64,000 nt of DNA, from contig NZ_CANMAX010000007.1 in NCBI RefSeq assembly GCF_947495995.1, positions 1-64,000 of the forward strand. Reading direction: 5' to 3'. This document shows, one piece after another, positions 19,407 to 29,955 of this stretch. The stretch comes from an uncultured Tenacibaculum sp. Lineage in GTDB: Bacteria; Bacteroidota; Bacteroidia; Flavobacteriales; Flavobacteriaceae. The stretch's first letter is position 1. Each line of letters begins with the position of its first letter. The notes beneath the pieces were generated by a model. That model worked only from the letters and a program-made list of their open reading frames with translations, was not told the DNA's origin and searched no databases. Position numbers and translations under genes: made by a program.

Positions 19407-20357
19407 TTGAATACTTCGCAAAAGAAAATTTTAAAAATAATTTTACCTCTCGTTTTGGGAGGTTTTTTAGTTTGGTATTCTTTGTCAAGAATGGACAAAG
19501 ACAAAATGATTGATTATTTAGAGACAGCCAATTATGGATGGATAGCTTTAGGTTTATTTTTTGGAATATTAAGTCATCTATCTAGAGCCTATCGTTGGAA
19601 GTTTTTACTTCAGCCAATGGGATACAAGCCAAAATTAGGTAATAGTATTTTAGCTGTTCTAGTAGGGTATTTTGTAAACTTAGCTATACCCAGAGCAGGC
19701 GAAGTATCTAGAGCTACAGTTATGACAACTTACGAAGATATTCCATTTGAAAAAGGATTCGGAACTATCGTTGCAGAACGTATTGCAGATTTAGTAATGA
19801 TGTTTTTAATTATAGGGATTACATTATTAATTCAATTCGAGTTTATATATAATTTAGTTGCAGAGAAATTTGATCCAATTGTAATTGGCGGAGGTTTAGT
19901 AATTTTAGTTGTTGTTTTTTTAATTGTAAGAAGTTATGTAAAGAAAGCTTCCTCAGGAATAGGATTGAAAATTAAACACTTTTTAAATAGTCTTACAGAA
20001 GGTTTAACAAGTATTTTTAAAATGAAAGATAAGTGGTCATTCATTTTTCATACAGTATTTATTTGGACAATGTATGTGGCGATGTTTTGGGCAACTATTC
20101 CTGCATTAGAAAATTTTAGTGTGCCATTGGGTGCGGTGTTAGTTGGTTTCATAGCTGGAGGGTTTAGTATAGCCGCAACAAATGGAGGAATTGGTTCTTA
20201 TCCATTAGCCGTAGCAGGAGCTTTTATGTTATTTGGAGTTGAAAAAGATCCAAGTGAAGCTTTTGGATGGATTATGTGGTCTGCACAAACCGCTATGATT
20301 ATCATTTTTGGAGGGTTATCATTTTTTATATTACCAATTTTCAATAAGAATAAATAA
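19407..20357 (+). CDS. Flippase-like (lysylphosphatidylglycerol synthase TM-domain-like, UPF0104) membrane protein
   Basis: 316 aa with about 8 TM helices; the start is 2 nt after the panD stop. Confidence 0.55.
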   Translation: MNTSQKKILKIILPLVLGGFLVWYSLSRMDKDKMIDYLETANYGWIALGLFFGILSHLSRAYRWKFLLQPMGYKPKLGNSILAVLVGYFVNLAIPRAGEVSRATVMTTYEDIPFEKGFGTIVAERIADLVMMFLIIGITLLIQFEFIYNLVAEKFDPIVIGGGLVILVVVFLIVRSYVKKASSGIGLKIKHFLNSLTEGLTSIFKMKDKWSFIFHTVFIWTMYVAMFWATIPALENFSVPLGAVLVGFIAGGFSIAATNGGIGSYPLAVAGAFMLFGVEKDPSEAFGWIMWSAQTAMIIIFGGLSFFILPIFNKNK

Positions 20358-20423
20358 CTAAATATTACTTTCAATTTTAGAAGCTAGAAAAGTATAATTT
20401 TCTACTTTTGAGAAAAAATTGAT

Positions 20424-21302
20424 ATGATAATATTCTTCGGTGTAAAGAAATCTAAAATTGGTGTAGCTACAATTAGAGAGAATACTGTTTGTAGTCATTG
20501 TGGTACAGAAAAAAGCTTTCAAGGAATCATATATAATTCATATTTCCATGTTTTTTGGATTCCGATTATTTCTGTAGGAAAATCAAGAGAAGTTACTTGT
20601 GGTCATTGTAAAAAACGTTACGATGATAGTGAAATTCCAGATAACATTCGAGTTGCTCTAGATCGAGCTGTAGAGAAGTCGAACGTTAAAACACCCAAAT
20701 GGCATTCTTTTGGCTGTTTAGCAATATTTTTTATGTTTGCTCTTTCGTTAACTATAAGCCTTTTTGCATTTATTGGAGATTATTTTTTTACTAATGATGA
20801 ATCAGAGGTTACTACAGAAATAAATACAGTATATCAGCCTGAAGAGAAAGAAGTAGAAACACTTGTAATAAATCCAAAGAAAGAACCTGAAAAATCAAAA
20901 CCTGCACTTAATTGGGAAGAAAAACTTCGTAAGATAATGGGGAATTCTACTATGAGTCCAGGTCTTATTAAAGAACCGGTTTCATATAATATTAAAAATT
21001 GCTTAGAGCCAAATCTTTCTTTTATTGAACCTAGAAGTATCAATTATATCACTGAAATTAATAATGATAAAATTTTAGTTTTAATTGAATTGAGTGATTA
21101 TGAAAAGTATACAGAAAAACAAAGAAACGAGATTTTTAAAAAGGTTGAAACTTGTACAAAAACAGTTTTAAAAGATGTGTCTTATGATACATATATAGGA
21201 GTTTATGATTATTATGATTTCTATTATCAAAAAGCATTAAAAAGAGTAGTAAAGGAAAGAAAAGAAATAGGAGATTCTTTACTAAAAGATTTTTTTGAAT
21301 AA
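20424..21302 (+). CDS. Hypothetical membrane protein with an N-terminal zinc ribbon
   Basis: 292 aa. CSHCG-X27-CGHC, then a TM segment (LAIFFMFALSLTISLFAFI) and a charged C-terminal domain. Confidence 0.4.
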   Translation: MIIFFGVKKSKIGVATIRENTVCSHCGTEKSFQGIIYNSYFHVFWIPIISVGKSREVTCGHCKKRYDDSEIPDNIRVALDRAVEKSNVKTPKWHSFGCLAIFFMFALSLTISLFAFIGDYFFTNDESEVTTEINTVYQPEEKEVETLVINPKKEPEKSKPALNWEEKLRKIMGNSTMSPGLIKEPVSYNIKNCLEPNLSFIEPRSINYITEINNDKILVLIELSDYEKYTEKQRNEIFKKVETCTKTVLKDVSYDTYIGVYDYYDFYYQKALKRVVKERKEIGDSLLKDFFE

Positions 21303-21377
21303 TTATAACTTAAAAAAACATATTAATAAAACAGTTTGTTCTACATGAGCAAACTGTTTTATTTTTTATATTAAATG

Positions 21378-21385
21378 TATCTTTG
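21378..21385 (+). promoter_or_regulatory. -7 promoter element TATCTTTG for radA
   Basis: Lies 21 nt upstream of the ATG at 21407. Confidence 0.45.
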
Positions 21386-21406
21386 TTGTTCATTTAATTT
21401 GCTCAA

Positions 21407-22768
21407 ATGCCAAAAACTAAAACAACTTTTTTCTGTCAGAATTGTGGAGCGCAACATGCGCAGTGGGTCGGACAATGTCCGAATTGTAAACAATGGAATA
21501 CAGTTGTTGAAGAAGTAATCCAAAAAGAAGAAAAAAGAAATTGGAAAACGCCTTTGAATACACAAAAAGTTGTTTCAAAACCTAGAAGAATTCAAGAAAT
21601 TGAATTGAATACAGAAGAGAGAATCATCACTCGAAATAATGAGTTAGATGTAGTTTTAGGTGGCGGATTAGTAAAAGGTTCTATCACATTACTAGGGGGT
21701 GAACCAGGAATTGGTAAATCAACATTACTACTGCAAGTTGCTTTACAAATTCCGCAGAAGGTATTATACGTTTCTGGAGAAGAAAGTCAATCGCAAATTA
21801 AAATGAGAGCAGAGCGTTTGCAAAACGAAGATTCAAATTGCTTGATTTTAACAGAAACAAATACGCAACAAATCTTCAGAAATGTTGAAGAAGTACAGCC
21901 TGATGTTTTAGTTATAGATTCTATTCAAACGTTATACACAAATAATATTGAAGCTTCACCAGGAAGTATTTCTCAAATTAAAGAAACTTCTGCTGAGTTG
22001 ATCAAATTTGCGAAAGAAACAAATACCCCAGTTTTATTAATCGGACATATTAATAAAGACGGAAATATAGCGGGACCAAAAATCTTAGAACATATGGTAG
22101 ATGTTGTGCTTCAGTTTGAAGGAGACAGAAATCATACCTATAGAATTTTACGTTCTCAAAAAAACAGATTTGGTTCTACAGCCGAATTAGGAATTTATGA
22201 AATGTTATCAGACGGTTTACGTGAAGTTAAAAATCCGTCAGAGATTTTAATTTCAGAAAAAGACACTGATTTAAGTGGAACAGCAATTGCTTCAACTTTA
22301 GAAGGTGTTCGTCCGTTAATGATAGAAATTCAAGCTTTAGTAAGTACTGCAGTTTATGGAACTCCACAAAGATCTACTACGGGTTATAATTTAAAACGTT
22401 TACACATGATTCTGGCTGTTCTAGAAAAAAGAGCTGGATTTAAACTTGGAGCAAAAGATGTATTCTTAAATGTTACTGGAGGAATTTATATCGATGATCC
22501 TGCAATAGATTTAGCTGTTGTAGCGGCAATTCTTTCTTCAAATCAAGATATCGCAATTAATCCAGATGTTTGCTTTGCGGCTGAAGTTGGTTTAGCAGGA
22601 GAAATTCGTCCTGTTTCTAAAATCGATCAACGTATTGTTGAAGCAGAAAAACTAGGTTATAAAACATTTGTAACTTCAAAATATAATAAGATTACATCTA
22701 AAAATCATTCAATTAAACTCATTTTAGTGGGTAAAATAGAAGATGCTTTTGCTACGTTATTTGCGTAA
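21407..22768 (+). CDS. radA: DNA repair protein RadA/Sms
   Basis: 453 aa with an N-terminal Zn ribbon (CQNCGAQHAQWVGQCPNCKQWNT), a RecA-like Walker A (GGEPGIGKST) and a Lon-like C-terminal domain. Confidence 0.95.
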   Translation: MPKTKTTFFCQNCGAQHAQWVGQCPNCKQWNTVVEEVIQKEEKRNWKTPLNTQKVVSKPRRIQEIELNTEERIITRNNELDVVLGGGLVKGSITLLGGEPGIGKSTLLLQVALQIPQKVLYVSGEESQSQIKMRAERLQNEDSNCLILTETNTQQIFRNVEEVQPDVLVIDSIQTLYTNNIEASPGSISQIKETSAELIKFAKETNTPVLLIGHINKDGNIAGPKILEHMVDVVLQFEGDRNHTYRILRSQKNRFGSTAELGIYEMLSDGLREVKNPSEILISEKDTDLSGTAIASTLEGVRPLMIEIQALVSTAVYGTPQRSTTGYNLKRLHMILAVLEKRAGFKLGAKDVFLNVTGGIYIDDPAIDLAVVAAILSSNQDIAINPDVCFAAEVGLAGEIRPVSKIDQRIVEAEKLGYKTFVTSKYNKITSKNHSIKLILVGKIEDAFATLFA

Positions 22769-22837
22769 TTTTTTTACTTTGTTGAAACCCTTTATTTTTT
22801 TCTTCGTTATTAAGGGTAAATCAATGCAATCGAATAC

Positions 22838-23383
22838 GTGTCTAAACAAATCGACATATTAATTTATCAATGTAAAAAAGGCAATAGAAAAGCCCAAATG
22901 CATATTTACGATCAGTATTGTGGTGCAATGTATACTATTGCATGCAGATACTTGTCACATGAAGAAGCTAAAGAAGCTATGCAAGAAGGATTTCTAAAAG
23001 CATTTTTAAATATCCAAACATTTGAAAAAGACAAAACTTTCGGAGCTTGGTTAAAGCGAATCGTTATCAATCAATGTATTGATCAATTGAAAAAGAAAAA
23101 ATTAGAAACAAGTGCCATAGAGCAAGTTCAATTAGAAATTGTTGATGATGAAGATTGGTTATTTGATACGCAAATTACAAAACAAGAAATTTTACAAGCA
23201 ATAGATCAATTGAGTGAAAAATATCAATTGGTAGTGAAATTATATCTGTTAGAAGGATACGATCATTCTGAAATTTCTCAAATTTTAGGAATCGAAGTGA
23301 AAACTTCTCGAACACAATTGAGAAGAGGTAAACTACAATTAAGAGAATTATTAAAAAAGCATTTTAATGAAGCGAGATATTAG
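22838..23383 (+). CDS. RNA polymerase ECF-type sigma-70 factor
   Basis: 181 aa with sigma-2 and sigma-4 regions (YLLEGYDHSEISQILGIEVKTSRTQLRRGK). Confidence 0.85.
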   Translation: MSKQIDILIYQCKKGNRKAQMHIYDQYCGAMYTIACRYLSHEEAKEAMQEGFLKAFLNIQTFEKDKTFGAWLKRIVINQCIDQLKKKKLETSAIEQVQLEIVDDEDWLFDTQITKQEILQAIDQLSEKYQLVVKLYLLEGYDHSEISQILGIEVKTSRTQLRRGKLQLRELLKKHFNEARY

Positions 23384-23888
23384 AGAACTTTTTAAAGAAG
23401 AAGAATTCGAAAAAGAGTTGCCAGAAAATCATAAAGCTGAATTTTTAGGAAAGCTTAAAGAAACTTCTAGAAAGAAAAAAAATCCTTTCAAAAAAATGAT
23501 TGGTTTGGTTGCTTCAGTGATTGTTTTAATTTCTGTGTATTATTTGTTCCTTCCAGATAATAAAATTGAAGAAAAAGATCAGCAATTATTATTACATGTT
23601 CAGCAAATAGAAACAGAATACTTAAAAAATATTAATACAGAATGGAATAATTTTTTGGAGTTAACAGATGATGAAAAACTGATAAAAAAGTATGATGATA
23701 AGCTAAAGAAATTATCAGAAAGTTATAAAGTCATATTGTCTAGATTTAATAAAAATCCTAATGATATAAACACTTTAGAAGATTTGATTTCTAATCTTCA
23801 AAAAAGATTACAAGCTTTAAAAGATATACAAGCGCACATAAAAAATTTAAAACAAAAAAAAGTAACTCATGAAACGATTATTATTTAG
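23367..23888 (+). CDS. Putative anti-sigma factor (single-pass membrane protein)
   Basis: 173 aa. It overlaps the sigma gene by 17 nt and has one TM segment (MIGLVASVIVLISVYYLFL). Confidence 0.45.
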   Translation: MKRDIRELFKEEEFEKELPENHKAEFLGKLKETSRKKKNPFKKMIGLVASVIVLISVYYLFLPDNKIEEKDQQLLLHVQQIETEYLKNINTEWNNFLELTDDEKLIKKYDDKLKKLSESYKVILSRFNKNPNDINTLEDLISNLQKRLQALKDIQAHIKNLKQKKVTHETIII

Positions 23889-25038
23889 CCTATACTTTCT
23901 AAGCAATTTTGTTTTTGCACAAACAGAGATATTATATAGTAAAAGTTTTCAGATGAAGAATATTGATAGTCTAAAGCTTTCTTTAAAAAATGTTCCTGTA
24001 GATATAAGACCATCAGAAGACAATCAAATTCATTTTAATTTTAAGTTAGAGTTTAAAAACCTTTCTGATAAAGAAAAAACTTCTTTTTTGGAGTCTTTAA
24101 AGTTTAATGAAGAAATTACAGAAGGAGTTATAAATGTTGATTTAAAAAGTGAGATTGAATTAAACAGGCTACATGCTTTTTCTGAAAGAGTAACGAACGA
24201 AGAGTTATCTAAGCTTGTAGATAAAGTGGTTAAAAATTACACAGATTTTTCCTTCAAAAAGAAAAGTAAGGAAGAAATTTTAAAGAAATACAAAGAAGGA
24301 AAAGGAGAGGATTATAAAAAGTTTATAAGATTAAAAGAAAAAGTAATAATAGATAATAACAAAAAGCTAATAAAAAATACTTTTACAATTTATCTTCCTA
24401 AGAAGTTTGCTGCAATACTAAAGTTAAATGCTGAAAAAAGTAATATAGATTTTAATGATTTAGAATTTAAAAACTTAAATGTATTTGTTGATGGCGGTTA
24501 TCTTAAAATCAGAAAAATTAACAACTCAAAATTAACCTGTTGGAATGGCAGTATCTTTTTAGGTGAAGTAGATAGTAGTATTATTACAGCAAAAAGTACT
24601 ACAAGTTTATTAATTGGAGGAATTGCTAATTCAAATTTAATCACCGAACACACAAAAATAGAAATTGGAGAGGTGGATGCATATACTGATTTTAAAGATT
24701 TTGGAAGTCGCTTTTATTTTTACGGTTACTCTAATAAATTCAGAAAATTCAATTTTAAAGGAGAATATTCTAAAGTCAATTTTTTCGTCCCTAATGATAA
24801 TTATCACCTAGAAGTACGAGGAAACTCTACTGTGTTTAAATCTGGTGAAAATGATATGAAAGTTGAATCGAAAAAGGAAGATAAAATTTTAATGTTGTCT
24901 ATGAAAACACCTAAAACATCTAAGTATTTTAGAGAATTTAATTTTGACCTACTGAATTCTGAATTTGAAGGGCATAACTCTGAGTTGGGAACTATGATAA
25001 AAGATATTAAACTAAGATCAAGTAAAAAGGGGAATTAG
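23869..25038 (+). CDS. Secreted hypothetical protein (possible DUF4097-like beta-structure), third gene of the ECF module
   Basis: 389 aa with a signal peptide (LLFSLYFLSNFVFAQ); it overlaps the upstream gene by 20 nt. Confidence 0.35.
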   Translation: MKRLLFSLYFLSNFVFAQTEILYSKSFQMKNIDSLKLSLKNVPVDIRPSEDNQIHFNFKLEFKNLSDKEKTSFLESLKFNEEITEGVINVDLKSEIELNRLHAFSERVTNEELSKLVDKVVKNYTDFSFKKKSKEEILKKYKEGKGEDYKKFIRLKEKVIIDNNKKLIKNTFTIYLPKKFAAILKLNAEKSNIDFNDLEFKNLNVFVDGGYLKIRKINNSKLTCWNGSIFLGEVDSSIITAKSTTSLLIGGIANSNLITEHTKIEIGEVDAYTDFKDFGSRFYFYGYSNKFRKFNFKGEYSKVNFFVPNDNYHLEVRGNSTVFKSGENDMKVESKKEDKILMLSMKTPKTSKYFREFNFDLLNSEFEGHNSELGTMIKDIKLRSSKKGN

Positions 25039-25081
25039 AGTCAAAGAAAAAGTAAATTCGAATAAATTTCTAACCTTGACT

Positions 25082-26278
25082 TTAAATAAAATCAAGGTTA
25101 GAAAAGTTTTTATTTAAAACTTTAGCATTGTCAATCGCTAACCATTTATCTAAAATTGTAGCATACACTTCTCTAAAATCTACAGTATATTTTAAATCTC
25201 CATTATCGTCCAAATCACTCAAATTCGGAAGACGATTGTACATTCCGTTTTTCTTTAAATTTTTTCCAATCACAAATACATTATTTGCAGTTCCATGATC
25301 GGTTCCGTTAGAGCCATTTTGTTTTACACGTCTTCCAAATTCAGAGAACGTAAGAATTAATGTATCATCAAATGTGTTATTGCGTTTTAAATCTTTTACA
25401 AAAGTAGCAATACTTTCAGCATACACTTTTAATAATCGCGCTTGTCTGTTTTTCTGATTCGCATGCGTGTCAAATCCAGTTAAACCAGCATAATAAATTT
25501 GCGTATCTATTCCAGAAGAAATAAACTCAGCAATTGTTTTTAGCTGTTTCCCGAATGCATTTTTAGGATAATCTACAGAAGACGATTGTGTTTTTGTTTT
25601 TTCATAAATGTACGAAGCTGAAGATTTAGCATCAATCATGGTGTTGTATAAGTAGCCTAAATTGTGTTCGCTCAAATGTTTGTCGTTTTTGTAATTATTG
25701 AAAACATTGTCAAAAAAAGGCTGATTTAACAAGCGATGAAATAGCTTCGGATTTGTAATTGCCAATCCGTTTTGATGATTTCCTTTTAACAGTAAAGAAA
25801 GACTTTCATCTACTTCTATAGCACGATATGGTTTTGAGTTTGTAACATCTAAAAAACGACCAACCCAACCCGACTGTAAATATTCATTACTATCACTAGC
25901 CGTTTGCCAAATATCTGTTGACCTAAAATGTGATCGATTCGGATTTGGATAGCCTACATTATTGATAATCGATACATGACCATCATCAAATAAATTTTGT
26001 AAAGGAGCTAAACTCGGATGAAAACCAACTTCATCATTCAATTGTAATAATTGATTTTTCTGAAGTGCAATATTTCCTCTGTTTTGATAGTAAAGATCAT
26101 TCCTAAACGGAACAACAGTATTTAATCCGTCGTTTCCGCCTTTCAACTGAATAATTACTACTTTCTTGTAAGAATTGACTTGAGAAAGTGTCGTTTCAAA
26201 AGCTTTTAAAAATTGAGGAACTAAAAAAGCTCCACCTGTAGCTAGCGATGTTCTTTTAATAAAATTTCTTCTTTTCAT
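25082..26278 (-). CDS. DUF1501 family (sulfatase-fold-like) protein with a Tat signal
   Basis: 398 aa. The twin-arginine leader reads MKRRNFIKRTSLATGGAFLVPQFLKA, and the gene sits immediately downstream of a DUF1800-like gene. Confidence 0.75.
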   Translation of the reverse strand: MKRRNFIKRTSLATGGAFLVPQFLKAFETTLSQVNSYKKVVIIQLKGGNDGLNTVVPFRNDLYYQNRGNIALQKNQLLQLNDEVGFHPSLAPLQNLFDDGHVSIINNVGYPNPNRSHFRSTDIWQTASDSNEYLQSGWVGRFLDVTNSKPYRAIEVDESLSLLLKGNHQNGLAITNPKLFHRLLNQPFFDNVFNNYKNDKHLSEHNLGYLYNTMIDAKSSASYIYEKTKTQSSSVDYPKNAFGKQLKTIAEFISSGIDTQIYYAGLTGFDTHANQKNRQARLLKVYAESIATFVKDLKRNNTFDDTLILTFSEFGRRVKQNGSNGTDHGTANNVFVIGKNLKKNGMYNRLPNLSDLDDNGDLKYTVDFREVYATILDKWLAIDNAKVLNKNFSNLDFI

Positions 26279-26290
26279 GATCTTACTATT

Positions 26291-27664
26291 TTAACATAAT
26301 TGAAACTCTGGAAGTGATAATAACTGAATGCAGAACTCCTTTTTAGGTAGATTGTAATATTGTTTCAGTAATTCTTTAGTCCCGGCACTTATTGGAGCTG
26401 TAATTAATACATCAACAAGTTCTTTATTAGAAACAGTATTGTATTTTGTTTCGAAATTCTCCCAATCGGTAGTTGTTTTTATAAAGGTTTTACGTTTTCG
26501 TTTTCTCTTTTTAAAATCAGTAATCACAGCTTTAAAATCATCCTTATCAGAATACGTGATTTCTGCGTTATTTAACAATACAGAAGCCAAACGAAGTCGT
26601 GTAACAATGGTATTACTGTCTATCCAATTTTGTCCACCTTTCCAACCGGCAACATTAGGAGGTAATAACAAAATCTGACCTAATAATTTCTGAATAAGAA
26701 TTTCTTGTTTTTCTTTTTGAAATGTAAACGGAACAATGTTATGTGTACCCACAATTAATTCTATCGGAGATTTAATTTTAGTTCCAATATTTGTTTCATC
26801 GTAAAACCAATCCGATAAAAGAATATGTTTCATCAGGTTTTCAATGTTGTAATCAGTAAAGAAAATAGCTGTTAATTCTTCTATTCTATCATTGTCTAGT
26901 TTATCATTTACAAAATAGCTGTAGATCTTTTCGCAGATAAAACGTGCACATTGTTTCTTACTTAAAACAATATCAATAATATCATCGCCAAAATAGTTTC
27001 CTGTTTTTCCCAAAAAGGTTTTTTCGCCATAATCATGTTTTCGTTTTCTTAATCTAAAGTTGCCCTTAAAATCGTGATTGTATCCTGTAAAAGCTCTCGC
27101 AGCTTCTTTAATATCTGTTTCGGTATAGTTTCCTTGGCCTAAAGTAAAAAGCTCTAATAATTCTCTTGCAAAATTTTCATTCGGACTATCTTTCTTGTTC
27201 TGCTTATTGTTTAGGTATTTCAGCATTGCTGCTTCTTTAGAAATCGCTTTTACAAAAGCACGAAAATCTCCTAAAGCAAATTTTCTTAAAGTGTTGTTGT
27301 ATTGTAAAACGTGTACAATGTTTTTGTCTTCGCAAACAAAATGATTTGCCCAAAACAAAGTCATTTTTTCTCTTAAAATCTCAGTAGGATTATTTAATCT
27401 GTCAATCCAAATACCATTTAATTCTCGTATTTTTTTTCTGCTGATTTTCATTAGGTCTTTTCTCTTTTTTTTATTTTTTAATTCTTTAAGAGAGAGATCA
27501 CTAATAAAACTAGTGTCAATATTTAAAGGAGTAACTTTTTCTGAAGATTGAAAAAGTTGGTTAATCACTTCGTTTCTTTGTTTAGATTGAAGTGCTTCAA
27601 TTTCTTTCGGATGCAATCCAAAACCAATTCTATTATAAAGATGAAGTATATACTGTGTTTTCAT
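26291..27664 (-). CDS. DUF1800 family protein
   Basis: 457 aa, forming the conserved DUF1800/DUF1501 two-gene pair. Confidence 0.7.
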   Translation of the reverse strand: MKTQYILHLYNRIGFGLHPKEIEALQSKQRNEVINQLFQSSEKVTPLNIDTSFISDLSLKELKNKKKRKDLMKISRKKIRELNGIWIDRLNNPTEILREKMTLFWANHFVCEDKNIVHVLQYNNTLRKFALGDFRAFVKAISKEAAMLKYLNNKQNKKDSPNENFARELLELFTLGQGNYTETDIKEAARAFTGYNHDFKGNFRLRKRKHDYGEKTFLGKTGNYFGDDIIDIVLSKKQCARFICEKIYSYFVNDKLDNDRIEELTAIFFTDYNIENLMKHILLSDWFYDETNIGTKIKSPIELIVGTHNIVPFTFQKEKQEILIQKLLGQILLLPPNVAGWKGGQNWIDSNTIVTRLRLASVLLNNAEITYSDKDDFKAVITDFKKRKRKRKTFIKTTTDWENFETKYNTVSNKELVDVLITAPISAGTKELLKQYYNLPKKEFCIQLLSLPEFQLC

Positions 27665-27707
27665 AATAATAAGACAGAACTAATGAGGTAAGGTTTAATA
27701 TAAAAAT

Positions 27708-27738
27708 AAAAAACCTCGCTACAGTTAGCGAGGTTCTT
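27708..27738 (-). terminator. Intrinsic terminator after the hemD-like gene (read on the minus strand)
   Basis: Plus strand reads aaaaaaCCTCGCTAcagtTAGCGAGGttctt, so the minus strand has a GC stem followed by a T-run. Confidence 0.75.
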
Positions 27739-27758
27739 ATGATATATTTTGTAAGAAA

Positions 27759-28505
27759 TTACTTTTTGTTCACTTCTTTAATATACTTTTCTAAAGCCAT
27801 TGTCATAGAAGGTGTTTCTGGAGTTGGAGCAGCAATATCTACTCGTAAACCTTTTGCTTCTACAGCTTTTATTGTTGAATTACCAAATACAGCAATTCTT
27901 GTATTGTTTTGTTTAAAATCTGGGAAGTTTTCAAATAAACTTTCGATTCCAGAAGGACTAAAGAAAACTAATACGTCATAGAATACGTCTTCTAAGTCAG
28001 ATAAGTCGCTAACTACAGTTCTATATAAGTCAGCTCTTTTCCAGTTTACACCTAATTTGTCAAGCTCGTCTGGAATTAAAGACTTTAATTTATCTGAACT
28101 AGGAAGTAAGAATTTCTCGTCTTTATGTTTTTTAATTAATTTACATAATTCTGGGAAAGTTCTTGTTCCAACATATATTTTACGCTTACGGTAAACAACA
28201 TATTTTTGTAAATAGTAAGCAACAGCTTCTGATTGACAGAAGTATTTCATACTATCTGGAACTGTAAAACGCATTTCTTCTGCAATTCTAAAGAAATTAT
28301 CTACAGCGTTTCTACTTGTTAAAATGATTGCTGTAAAATTACTTAAGTCGATTTTTTGCGCTCTTACCTCTTTTACAGGAATTCCTTCTACGTGGATAAA
28401 TGAACGAAAATCAACTTTTACTTTTTGTTTTTCAGCTAAATCAAAATAAGGTGAAGTCTCAGTTTTTGGTGCTGGCTGAGATACTAAAATCGTTTTCACT
28501 TTCAT
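27759..28505 (-). CDS. hemD: Uroporphyrinogen-III synthase-like protein
   Basis: 248 aa with the two-domain HEM4-like pattern (ILTSRNAVDNFF ... IAVFGNSTIKAVEAKG). Confidence 0.55.
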   Translation of the reverse strand: MKVKTILVSQPAPKTETSPYFDLAEKQKVKVDFRSFIHVEGIPVKEVRAQKIDLSNFTAIILTSRNAVDNFFRIAEEMRFTVPDSMKYFCQSEAVAYYLQKYVVYRKRKIYVGTRTFPELCKLIKKHKDEKFLLPSSDKLKSLIPDELDKLGVNWKRADLYRTVVSDLSDLEDVFYDVLVFFSPSGIESLFENFPDFKQNNTRIAVFGNSTIKAVEAKGLRVDIAAPTPETPSMTMALEKYIKEVNKK

Positions 28506-28515
28506 AAAACTTTCT

Positions 28516-29151
28516 TTATATAGTTGTTGTTTTATAAATAATTAGCAAAGGAGCTAATTCGAGGGTGCAAAAGTACAAAATAAAATAGAAGAAGTGATTA
28601 AAAATCAGCTTTTTGTTGTTTTTAATCACCAATATTCCCCTAAAAGCCATTAATAAAAGCAAATAAACAATTAAAATTTTGTCATTTGAGTAGGTATATT
28701 GATAAAAAACTAAAATAGGAAACAACCACAAACTGATAGAATATAGGTATCCAGTTTTTGAAAATAAAAAATATCGAGTTAATTCTTCAATTTCTAAAGA
28801 GAATGAAATCAATTTTATAATCAGATACTTTATCAAGATAAATGCAGATACTCCTCCTAAAGTAATCAGATAAGAGCTAGTATAATTTTCTAAATAGTTT
28901 GATAAAAGAAAATGAATGCACAATGAAAATATCAGTAAACTAAAAATGAAAATTAATACGTGAAATACAGAAAAAATAGATGGATTTTTATTGGAACGAT
29001 TTTCTATAAATCCTTGAGAAAAAAAGGCAATACTATATCCTAGTAATAGCTGAGGTTTGTATAACTTCATTAAAGCAATTAGCACTAAAGAAGTTAACAA
29101 TACAAGTGTGATCCAGTCGTTAGAAATGAAATTACGTTCAATAATTTCCAT
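28516..29151 (-). CDS. Polytopic membrane protein (DUF4271-like)
   Basis: 211 aa with about 6 TM helices, immediately upstream of the hemD-like gene. Confidence 0.45.
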   Translation of the reverse strand: MEIIERNFISNDWITLVLLTSLVLIALMKLYKPQLLLGYSIAFFSQGFIENRSNKNPSIFSVFHVLIFIFSLLIFSLCIHFLLSNYLENYTSSYLITLGGVSAFILIKYLIIKLISFSLEIEELTRYFLFSKTGYLYSISLWLFPILVFYQYTYSNDKILIVYLLLLMAFRGILVIKNNKKLIFNHFFYFILYFCTLELAPLLIIYKTTTI

Positions 29152-29230
29152 AAAGTTTTCAGAAATTCAATTAACACAAAATTAGTAATAAATTAGTTTA
29201 TCTTTGTTCGAGTTTTTAACGAAATAAAGT

Positions 29231-29953
29231 TTGATGTCTGACACATTAGTCATAATCCCTACTTACAACGAAAAAGAAAATATAGAAGCTATTATCCGAG
29301 CTACATTTAGTCAGGAAAAAGTTTTCGATATTTTAGTTGTTGATGATAATTCACCAGATGGAACCGCTACAATCGTAGAAAGTTTAATGTTAGAATTTCC
29401 GAATCAATTGTTCATAGAAAAGAGAACAGGAAAAAACGGATTAGGAACTGCTTACATACATGGTTTTAAATGGGGATTGAATAAAAATTATGACTATTTA
29501 ATCGAAATGGATGCAGACTTTTCTCACAATCCAAACGATCTAATACGTTTATACAATTCATGTGTTGTTGATGGTGCTGATGTTTCTATAGGGTCTAGAT
29601 ATTCTGTAGGAGTGAATGTTGTGAATTGGCCAATGAATAGAGTATTGCTTTCGTATTTCGCATCTAAATATGTTCGATTTATTACAGGAATTCCTGTACA
29701 CGATACTACAGCAGGGTTTGTGTGTTGGTCGAGAAAAGTGTTAGAAACAATTCAGTTAGATAAAATTAAGTTTGTAGGATATGCTTTTCAGATTGAAATG
29801 AAATACAAAGCATGGAAACACAAGTTTAATGTAAAAGAAGTATCGGTAATTTTTACCGACAGAACTTTAGGAGAATCTAAAATGAGCGGAGGTATTGTTT
29901 ACGAAGCTTTATTTGGAGTAATAAAAATGAGATTAAAAGGCTTACCAAAATAA
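29231..29953 (+). CDS. GT2 polyprenol-phosphate mannosyltransferase (Dpm1-like)
   Basis: 240 aa with LVIIPTYNEKENIEAII...VVDDNSPDGT and DAD motifs. Confidence 0.8.
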   Translation: MMSDTLVIIPTYNEKENIEAIIRATFSQEKVFDILVVDDNSPDGTATIVESLMLEFPNQLFIEKRTGKNGLGTAYIHGFKWGLNKNYDYLIEMDADFSHNPNDLIRLYNSCVVDGADVSIGSRYSVGVNVVNWPMNRVLLSYFASKYVRFITGIPVHDTTAGFVCWSRKVLETIQLDKIKFVGYAFQIEMKYKAWKHKFNVKEVSVIFTDRTLGESKMSGGIVYEALFGVIKMRLKGLPK

Positions 29954-29955
29954 AA

